A stretch of 20,518 nucleotides of DNA from NCBI GenBank assembly GCA_003344405.1, contig NOWV01000135.1, positions 186,001-206,518 of the forward strand, in the 5' to 3' direction. Below the pieces are notes generated by a model. It did not search any database and was not told the DNA's origin. It was given only the letters and a program-made list of their open reading frames with translations. Each line of letters opens with the position of its first letter. The stretch's first letter is position 1. Positions 1-9,395 of this stretch are shown one piece after another. A program made the translations under genes and the position numbers. The stretch comes from Trichoplax sp. H2 (taxonomy: Eukaryota).

Positions 1-142
1 CTTTCTACTTGATATCATGATGCAGCTGTTTGCCATGCAAAAATTGGAACGAAAATAAACACATCGTTTTTTTAGTACTACAGTCCATGCCATCAACATG
101 TACCGCCATGGACTATTCAATTGGCGGGATGCTAAAATGGAC

Positions 143-510
143 CTTTAACACAGTACAGTACTGAATGGCGGGGGAGCAGGACTTGTATGAAGAGAAATTC
201 TTCCAAGTTGTTGAGTGACAGCTCATTGTGTAAGTGAACAAGTGTACACTGTCCACTTGTACAGTGTTGTCTTTGTTGGTCAGTCAAAAGGGGAGGGATT
301 TCAGTACAGTACAGTACTGGTACTGTGTACCAGTAACGGAGACTTCGAAGAAGTCCATGGGAAGAAAGAGCGTTTTTGACGTACAGTACTGTACTGTACA
401 GTAAAGATCACGGACAGTACCTTGGCGAAGGGAGTTGACGGTGAAGAAACCACTCCAACGCAATGAGTATTTGCTTGCCACGCAAGTTTCCTGTACACTG
501 TACTGTAGAC
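143..510. repeat. Cluster of (TACAG/CTGTA)n-type pentamer runs, partly palindromic
   Basis: acagtacagtactg (~149-163), cagtacagtacagtactggtactgtgtaccagta (302-335), gtacagtactgtactgtacagta (381-403) and ctgtacactgtactgtagactg (491-512). The motif also recurs near 745, 1237 and 20438. Confidence 0.6.
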
Positions 511-780
511 TGGCACTAACTATATTATTGGAAAAGCTGAATAAAATCATTCATACAGTAGGTGTAAGTTGATCAGCAAGGGGGAAAAGATATAAATAAA
601 TAACTACGTAAACAATCTAGTGCAAGTAATTACGGTAATCTGCTTTGTTTTTCCAGTTGCTAGTATACAAACTCACTGGTCCCTGGTGATTACCCCTAGT
701 GGCGTCTTAAGTGCTAGTAGTCCTACAGTATACCATGGACTAAAGTACAGCACTGTACTCAAAATAGGAATTTTTCAATC

Positions 781-798
781 AATAATAATAATAATAAT
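781..798 (+). repeat. (AAT)6 microsatellite
   Basis: aataataataataataat read directly. Confidence 0.85.
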
Positions 799-842
799 AC
801 TTTCTACTCGTTGATGACAAGTGCAGTATGTCGTCTCCAGTT

Positions 843-1242
843 GTAACTTGAATTGATGAAAAAACGACTGGTTCTATCGAGGAACGTGACCACGTCCAGT
901 TAGACCTGCGGTCCAGTCGATTCCTGTACTGACTGTAGACTGTGTACTCATAGTAATGAGCATGGAGCTTTTTACTGCCTGTTCAATGGTCCAACCACTC
1001 TCATATAGTAGAGTAGACAGTAGGAAAAAGAGGAGAAACTCATTTCAGTCTCAGTGTACAGTAACTTGAATTGATGAAAAAACGACTCAATTCCTGTAGA
1101 CTGTCTACTCATAGTAATGAGCAATGGGAAGGAATGACTTGACATGGAGTTTTTTACTGCCTGTTCAATGTTCCAACCACTCTCATATAGTAGAGTAGAC
1201 AGTAGGAAAAAGAGGAGAAACTCTTTTCAGTCTCACTGTACA
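843..1242 (+). repeat. Imperfect tandem duplication (copy 1 ~843-1060, copy 2 ~1061-1242)
   Basis: Both copies start gtaacttgaattgatgaaaaaacgact. They share actcatagtaatgagca and tttttactgcctgttcaatg-ccaaccactctcatatagtagagtagacagtaggaaaaagaggagaaactc-tttcagtctca-tgtaca. Each copy carries a private insertion. Confidence 0.93.
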
Positions 1243-1282
1243 GTGTACAGTACAATGCACTCTGGCCTAGCCAGCAGGTTGG

Positions 1283-1311
1283 GTCACGTGATCCCCCTGT
1301 CATGTGAGTCA
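1283..1311. promoter_or_regulatory. E-box/CLEAR-like (GTCACGTGAT), M-box-like (GTCATGTGA) and AP-1 (TGAGTCA) motif cluster
   Basis: GTCACGTGAT at 1283-1292, GTCATGTGA at 1299-1307 and TGAGTCA at 1305-1311, all within 30 bp and upstream of the SOCS TATA box. Function is inferred only. Confidence 0.35.
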
Positions 1312-1487
1312 AATCCAGTTTTTCTTTGAATAATTCCAATTTCTTGATTAATTTAAGCGGCGGCTCCTTTGAGCTCCTTTGAGATACTGTGTTAAGGCGT
1401 TCGGACTGTAAGAGGTAGCTTGAATAAATAAGCTATTGTCTACTTTCATCACAAAGACAATAGAACAATCATTCGATAACATTATTA

Positions 1488-1517
1488 TTCCGCGAATAGG
1501 AAATGCGTTTCCAAGAA
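1488..1517. promoter_or_regulatory. Tandem STAT-binding GAS elements (TTCN3GAA) upstream of SOCS
   Basis: TTCCGCGAA at 1488-1496 and TTCCAAGAA at 1509-1517, 12 bp apart and ~30 bp before a TATA box. A third site, TTCTTTGAA, is at 1322-1330. SOCS/CISH genes are canonical STAT targets. Confidence 0.6.
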
Positions 1518-1547
1518 ATTTTAAATATGGGCCGGTGCATCCTGTTG

Positions 1548-1555
1548 TATATAAG
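1548..1555 (+). promoter_or_regulatory. Putative TATA box of the SOCS gene
   Basis: TATATAAG matches TATAWAAR and lies directly downstream of the GAS pair. It predicts a TSS near ~1580. Confidence 0.45.
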
Positions 1556-2171
1556 CTGGTGGAATTTGAAAGTAATTTTATTCTACTCCATGAAAAAATA
1601 AAAAGCCGTACAAGGTAATCTCGTCTCGACGACCAAGATAGCTGCAAAAAAGTGTCTCGTCGGCGCTTTTTGAATGTCTGCAGTCGTTTTGCCTTGTGGG
1701 CTGCATCACTCTAGCGTTTTATCCTAGACTCAACATTGATTTGCAGTAAGAAGAACGAGAAGACAGACGATCCACTACTTTCATTGATTGATGATCATCA
1801 CGCCTTGGAATTCAATCCTATTCTACTGATGGAAATTGATTGAAAAAATTGATTTACGGACTGTAGGATTCTTCTCTATTTCCATTTCAATCGTCGTCGT
1901 CAGTTTTTCAATCTTGATCAAGACAACACTTCAATAGGATTAAGCCTATTGCAACCATCGCCTTATACATAGCAACTGCATCATTTTGGGGGCCATAGTA
2001 AATCAATCATTATCATCGTCTATCCCCAAATTGCTCTTGCGTCGATCTCTATCAACTGATTAACTCATCCACTACAGTCAATTCTGTCGCCTTACCGAAT
2101 CATCATCGTATTACCCTACGTCCAACTCGCAAGACCTGCATTCATTATATTACTCAACCAAATCTTGAGTC

Positions 2172-2753
2172 ATGATTGGCCAACATTCTCATAACGTATT
2201 GGACCATGGGTTGGATCAACAAGCTATCATTAGTATTACCAAAGTGTTGTACATGTTGAAGGAAAGTTGTTGGTATTGGGGCAGTCGATTGACTAGCGAT
2301 GAAGCTAAAAGGATGCTCAAAGCAGCACCTAGTGGCACATTCCTCTTACGGGATAGTAGTAATGAGCGCTACTTATTTGCGCTCACGGTCAAGACCGATG
2401 GCGGTGTTACCAATTTACGCCTCAATTATTGTAAAGGTAGATTTCAATTAGAATCCAACGACGATATCGTCTCTCCAAAATTGCCATCTTTCGATTGCGT
2501 TGTTCAATTGGTCAATCACTATACCCAATCCAAAAGGCGTATATTATATTGCTCAAAGTCATCCAAGACGTCGAATAAACGAAAAGCCATGCTAAAAGTT
2601 GAACTGGCTCAACCCTTTTATAACAATGTCCCTAGTCTACAACATTTATGTCGTAGGGCAGTTCATAGTCAAATGAATTCTGACACCCTTCGTCACTTAC
2701 CTATGGCAAATACCCTGATGCAATACATTATGAAATATCCTCATTCCATTTAA
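2172..2753 (+). CDS. SOCS2: Suppressor of cytokine signaling protein, SOCS2/CISH-like (SH2 domain + SOCS box), single coding exon, 193 aa
   Basis: SH2 signature WYWG...EAKRML...GTFLLRDSS..YLFALTVKT..G.TNLRL.Y..GRFQLES...FDCVVQLVNHY (~2271-2522). C-terminal SOCS box VPSLQHLCRRAV...LP...L.QY...YP (2628-2750). An in-frame TGA at 2166 sits just before the ATG. The family call is certain. The SOCS2 versus CISH label is by-eye similarity only. Confidence 0.93.
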   Translation: MIGQHSHNVLDHGLDQQAIISITKVLYMLKESCWYWGSRLTSDEAKRMLKAAPSGTFLLRDSSNERYLFALTVKTDGGVTNLRLNYCKGRFQLESNDDIVSPKLPSFDCVVQLVNHYTQSKRRILYCSKSSKTSNKRKAMLKVELAQPFYNNVPSLQHLCRRAVHSQMNSDTLRHLPMANTLMQYIMKYPHSI

Positions 2754-5700
2754 ATGGTAGTAGCACACGCTCAACTTGCATCACTCCAAACGCTATCAAG
2801 TGAATAGATTGATAGCCTAAAAGTATAAAGTTGCTTGATCCACATCAAACCGAGCATCAATCTGCCTCTTACTGCTTATATTGTCTATAAATGTACTTTC
2901 AAACATGCTAGAGGAAAAGTTTATTTCAAATCAGCGTGTATCACCGATCGTCAATGACTAAAATTAGACAACTATGATGTAGCTAAGGTGATGGCAGTTT
3001 TTTTTCTCCATATAAAAATAATATTAAGGTAATGATCCAGCATAGCTAATCAGGTTAGTTATATCTTGGATCGACTTCTTTCGTTCTTTGGAAATACTAG
3101 ATCGGAAGTGGGTACGGCTTTCAAGCAAGACAATATGCTATTTATGGCGTTCTTTAAGACGTGCACAATCAGTATACTGCACAGTATTACACAATGTGCA
3201 GTCAATTTGTAGTTCAATTACGACTTTATAATTTTCAACTAGACACTATAGTATGTTAGTGATTGTTGTTATTTGATAATTATTAAATCCATCAAATGGT
3301 TATAGTAATTATACGAGTTATAATGATTGAAAAACTTGATTGTTTCTTCCATTACTCATATTCTCTTTGACCTTAGGAAATCGTCTAGTAAATGGTGATT
3401 GCTAATTACGTATTATATTATTACCATGTCTATGATACGGGACAGTAACATTAACTGTTTGTCATTATTTGGATGAGTTTGTTTTAATGTCTGCTTTCAA
3501 GTCACAGTGTGATCTCAGTACATGAATCAAGTATCCAAGTTCTAAAGCAACTCTTCAATGACTGCTATTCTTAGTAGTAAAGAAAATTTCAAACTAACTT
3601 GTACATTCTGATTCGCAAGGGTAGTACCCTATACATCTGTGATTGAAACTGTCAACGACTGACCAACACCAATGTTCTAAATCTTAATAACTAAGTTTTA
3701 TTAGCAAATTATCTCAATTTATATCAACCAAGTTGTAGGAAGTTTTGTATATTTTGAAAATAATTATACTGTACACAATTGCAAATGTGTATATCAATAT
3801 AACACTACAATTTTTTTGTTCAATTTTATCCAAGATTGTCTCAACTTATTACGTGACAATGCAAAAATTTTTCAATTTTTATTTTTAGCATCGTTTATAA
3901 ACTTCTGCTACATTGATGGCTCATCTTTCATCACTATTCAATCCATAATCATGATTACTGTGTATATAGATAACAAAGTCATCCATTTCTATCAATGGAT
4001 ATAGTGATGTACACCAGCCACAGAATTTATCCCCTATAAAATAGGCTATGGCGTCTTGATCCACTATACATATCTTTACATATCTAATATGTGTTAGGGG
4101 CTGTCATGCCACCATAATTTGTACAATTATTTCTAAACTGATTTTTATCCATGAAATTCTTGTACTGGAGTGTTTGATATTGCTTTTTAAATCTAAATCC
4201 ATCGTCTTATTTATTACTATATTTATATAATGCAATACCTTCTTACTAATGGATTAACTCAATATAATCGTATTTCCATGATTTTGATACCATCAAATCA
4301 AATAAAATACTCTGACTTCGATATTATATCTGCTTGGTCTACATTACAGTATATATTTATTCATATTTAGAAATTGCCTGTCCACTAAAACAGAGTTGTG
4401 CTAGGTTTTGCTAATGTAAAAATACCAAGTAATCCGACTAATTTTTAACACGCGAGTTTGCTTACAAATAGAAAGACGATACTTGCACTAATGTTGAAAC
4501 ATGCCGTAATACACGTTATGTAATGCATGATGGTAACATGCAGTTTATCACATCAAGCAGTATAGTAAGCAAAAAATTTCTTAATAGTATAATCTAACTA
4601 CGATAGCATTACCAATATTTTTTACCTTTGGATGGATCATATCTTACTGCTGGATATTAGGATGTATTTGTACTGCAAGCTACAAATACGTGACGCTAAT
4701 TCAATCCATATGCAAAATAAAGCATACAGGCATGTATATGAAACAATTTAGTGCAGGGTCACAATATCGTTTTTGATTCCAGCTAGCATCCTCGTTTATT
4801 CCTGACATTACTTAATCATTTACTAGTTGCTTAAAATTACCCTAGGTAGTAAAACTAGAATCTCCGTATCTCAACACCATTTTATTTATTACGTCAACAA
4901 GAGCTATAGTAATTATTATAGCTAAGTGTTTCTACTACTCACTCTATCGTCAACTACATGAGGACAATTACCACTTTTGTATAATAATATAAGGTTCAGC
5001 GCACAGCACAGCTTTAATGGTCTTCATTTCATTCATTCTTTCGATTTGGATGGTGTTTTGTGTTTTGATCATTTTTTACTATTTTATTTATTATATTATT
5101 TCATTAGAGACATAGTAGTTATCCAATCCGAATAATACGTTATCTCACTTCAGTTCTCTCGTAATATGATACATTGATTCAATCATACTCGTTAGCAAAT
5201 TTGCTCTATCTTGTATAATTTAATATCAATGCACACAGTAGTTATGCAAGACATCTGCTGTAATGCATCTTTTTATAGCTACCCAGTTAAATATTGATAT
5301 CAAGAAGCTGAAATTGTAATTTTACTCTGTCAACCCACTATTCTACGAAGTGTGCATCATATACGCGCATTAAATCTAGCTCTATAGCTGGAATAGCTCA
5401 GTTTAATCGGCTTATTTTCAATTCACCATAGTTTAAACCAAGGATTCACTAATCATGATAAATGGTTTCCATCATTTATCAATATTAAGGAATTTTGAAT
5501 GGTACATTTATTTCGCTAGAGTCAGATCTGTTGTTAAACATTTTACTGCCCTATTACGACTCTCCGTTAAACATAAACACCCATATTGGTAATAAAATAA
5601 CTTGCTTCTCTTCGTGTTCATTCTTCATGATATGCCAATAAGATTACTGTACAATCTATTGAAGCTTCTTGTGCTGATGCCATGTGTTGATAAGAGACTT

Positions 5701-8700
5701 TTACAGCTACGATTTATTATTATCTCAATAACCTTTCTATCGTATCCCATGGATGGATGTGTATTTCCGAAATAAGTGCAGAAGAGACTATGCAAATATT
5801 TTGATATGAATTTTATTTTTCGATCACTTTGCACAATAAATTTCCACTAAGCTTAATATTTTATCACTCCCACTATCATAGTGAATATGATCACTGTCAT
5901 ACTGCATAAATTTTGTCTGGCTCTGTTGTTGATGTATGTTAGGCAAAAGTAACTCGACGGTATTATTACGGATAAATAATTAACATAAAAATTCGATGTG
6001 ATTGTCATATTATTTAAAATTGTGCACTAAAAGAATGCAAATTTGGTAATAGATAGAGACATTCCGTCAAAATAACAAAAAGTCAACAAAAAATCTTCAT
6101 TGAAGAGCCTTCTATTTTTCAGATTGACGTCATTATGACAAGAAAAAGTCGTAAAAACTATTAAGAAATTATGAAGAGTGAAGATTAAGAGGTATACCAT
6201 TTGTAAATGATTTAAAAGGAATTCTAGATGCTATTGGATATTAAAAAGGTGTAATTTTGGAGAGCATTTTCTTATAATAGATTTTGAAGATCTGATAGGG
6301 ACAGTTAGTAATTCCAGTACGAGTTTAGCAACATTAGAGTTCCATATTCTATGTAAAAATTTGGAGATGATGCATGAAAACGTATCGATCCGTTTATTTG
6401 GTAAAAGAACTGTAGGAAACACTCAGGGCCAAAGTTAAAGCAAATAACTCTAAACGGATTGACATTATACTCAAAATCGACTTCGCTACATCATTGATAT
6501 TTAAGAATTTTGGGATGTTTGTCTACGTAGATAGCAAAAATGGAAAATTACAAATGGGCTACATGGTCACCAATACTCTCTATATTTACTGTAGTAAGAC
6601 ATTGACAGCGAGCACATTTTGATGCTTTCTCAACATGTATCATCGAATAGTACTGATAGGACTAAAAGAATAGAAGTAGCTTGTACAATATACACAATAT
6701 GCCATGAGTATACACTAGGAAAAACATGAGTTTAATCTTCGTCTTCATAGTATTTGTACAGCAGACTCAAATTCTATTGACTTTTTGGAGTCTCTACAGT
6801 AGAAGCAACTAAATTAGAAAAACAGAAGGCAATTAATACTATCTTATTTACTATTCTGCCAAATTATCATATTACTTGCCATTGGTTGATTTTCAACGCT
6901 AAATAGGAAACATAGTGGTCATAATATTTCAACTTAACATATATGTCACGAGATAAAAATGAGATCATTAAAGTTTAAAAATAAAAAAATATGCATGTTT
7001 CGATTGTAAATACAGACGTCATTTTGATCATGTCTATTGCAAGTTCGTACTACGTCAGTAATATAATTACGGATAATATTGTAGAAATTGAGCTTATGTG
7101 CTACAGTATTGTATCGTGTTATGATTGATGTAGAGAATAGATTGTAAATATAACTCAAGTGTTCCATGGAAGATCAACACTAAGGAAGACAGCAGTTTTT
7201 ATTATTTCATTCAACTACAGCCTATAAGAAAATTATCATGACTTTGAGTATATTACATTATGTCTGCCATTCATTTCTGATAAAAATGGAAAATGAAATC
7301 ATTATCTGCAAATCTTTCATCTATTTGGTAGACTTGTAAATGATCGCACATTACATTACACATCTGGATTTTAGTTGTTGGATGATGTTATTCCTCAATT
7401 ATAAAACAACAATAGATTATCCACATTTACCGTAAAAGATGATTACAGTAAATTCCATGCAAGATTGGATTGTCCTGTTGTGTGAGGTATTATCATCTTT
7501 TCAGACAACATAATGATTGATGCTTTTTATTCGTATGCTATTAAATAGAATCACTGAGGTTAACAAAGATCACATTGACCTAGGATACAATTTACCATCT
7601 AATTGTGTAGTAACTAAGAATGTTTTATATCTTTTAATTGTCTATATCGTACAGTGATATTGATAGTAGCGTATATAATATGGATGGTCGTTTTCTAATG
7701 ATGAATAGATTAATTAGGCATCATAAATGTGAATAGGCATGAATCAATATCGATATGCAATATGGCCGTTGATGATATCTAGTTTATAGCTTATTGTTTA
7801 TTGCATATTAACTATTTTAAATTACTAGAATATCATTTCAATCTATAAATGAAGTAGAAACAATTAATCAAAGTAACAACAGCCAGTTGCAACATCGACC
7901 ATCGACGAATACTTTAACAAGTCGAAGTAAGTACCGCTTATTTTGGTCTAATTTGTTCACAACTGCGTAGGTGAAGGGTTTAAAATGATGAAAAGAAATA
8001 CGACATCAATCAATGTAAGTATTAAGCTATTTTCTGCTTAGTTACAAGTGTAGAATGGACTGTGCTGAGGCTCTTAACTCTTAACAGTAGGCAATTATAT
8101 TGTATCTTACAGTTCCAATTTTTTTTCTATCTTTCTATATCACCACGTCAGCTGGTTAGCAAAAAAGACAGTTGTATAAATGAGTGGTCAAGGTATTTCA
8201 TCTCGACATCAGTAAGAATAATATTGCTAAGAATAAAAAAGGTGAAGGGTTACGTAATGCGAATAGGAATATTTTAACTGATTAGTAACATCCTGTTATA
8301 GCTGCAATTATTTCTCGCGGCTTCTATTAAATTGATTTTTGCGATCAATTTTCTCTCATTCTACCAATATCTATCAATCGCATATCATTGTAATAACTAT
8401 GGGGACAAAAGTACTGTCAGGATAAAGAATTATATTTTTTCTCTTCATAAATTATCCTGTTGAATAATGAATGATGCAGCCGACAGTGCTATTAATCTAA
8501 TGAACAATAAAATGAGAGATTATAATGAGATGACGTGATATCCATTAACTATGATCATTTCTAGTAAATCAGTATGTGGTCTACAATAGTTTATTTGATA
8601 TAATGTTTGTTTCATTTTATTTGGATATAGGTTTAAGAATTGTGCTAGGCTTGTTGTTTACAGAAAGAGTATTTCATTACTGCATCATCTGCTCTGAATG

Positions 8701-8949
8701 GTGTGTGCATTATAAAATAGTTAGAGGAAGTTGGTCTGTATACAGTAATAATGGAGTATAGGGATGAAAAGATCTTCAACAATCGCTCTTTTAGACACAT
8801 ATTGTATATAAATGAATGAATCTTAAAATAAAATTAATGTAATAGCATGGGGAAAGACCGCCCTCATTCGAGTCCTGTAGTCTTGAATTTTTAAACATTC
8901 TTCATAGGTGTCATGCGCTTTCTCACTATTTTCAATAGCCAACTTAAAT

Positions 8950-9395
8950 CATGGATCACTAGTTCTCTACAAATAATTGTTACTTTTTATTTTCTAGTAG
9001 TCCATGTCTTGAATAGTTTAAATTTAATTTGGATTTCACTACTTTATCCGTTACCATGAATAGTATTGCAAATTAATAGATTCCAATTGGAAAGTATATT
9101 AGCATTCTCATGGCATATGGACATAGATCTTCTTAAATTCTAATTGAATACAATAATATAGCATAGGCTGCTCTTTAGAGTGTTTCTGCTAGTTCTTTAA
9201 CTTTTAAATACCGTTCATTCATGTATGATAGCACCCTTGATTTATGGAAAACTAAAGAAAAATCTTACATTTTCTTTTAATGGTCCATAACTTGAATAGT
9301 AAGGGTTAAAAGCTTATTTTACCATCTCTATACTTGAATTATGAACAACTAGAGAACAATCTTACATTTTGTTTTAGTAGCCCATAATTTGAATG
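8950..9395. repeat. Three degenerate copies of a ~50-60 bp imperfect hairpin element
   Basis: Copies at 8950-9006 (catgga..actag...ctagt..tccatg), 9242-9290 (ttatgga..taaagaaaa atcttaca ttttctttta..tccataa) and 9337-9389 (aattatg..actag..aacaa tcttacat tttgttttagt..cataatt). Each is followed within a few bases by ttgaat. Confidence 0.55.

Noticed and set aside
344-352. Isolated TTCGAAGAA GAS-like site
   Set aside because: A single site far from the TATA box, within the expected background frequency.
284-814. Short ORFs 284-550, 301-516 and 620-814
   Set aside because: Their translations (TVQYCT, YSTV, IIIIII) just mirror the pentamer and AAT repeats, with no protein family resemblance.
143-1242. 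CRISPR array interpretation of the repeats
   Set aside because: There is no constant repeat with unique, equal-length spacers and no cas genes, and the context is eukaryotic.
1144-1647. ORFs 1144-1329, 1154-1339, 1348-1647 and 1436-1618
   Set aside because: They overlap the tandem duplication and the promoter motifs, are short, and have no recognisable domain.
5456-5481. 9-bp inverted repeat tgataaatg/catttatca
   Set aside because: A single short AT-rich hairpin, compatible with chance.
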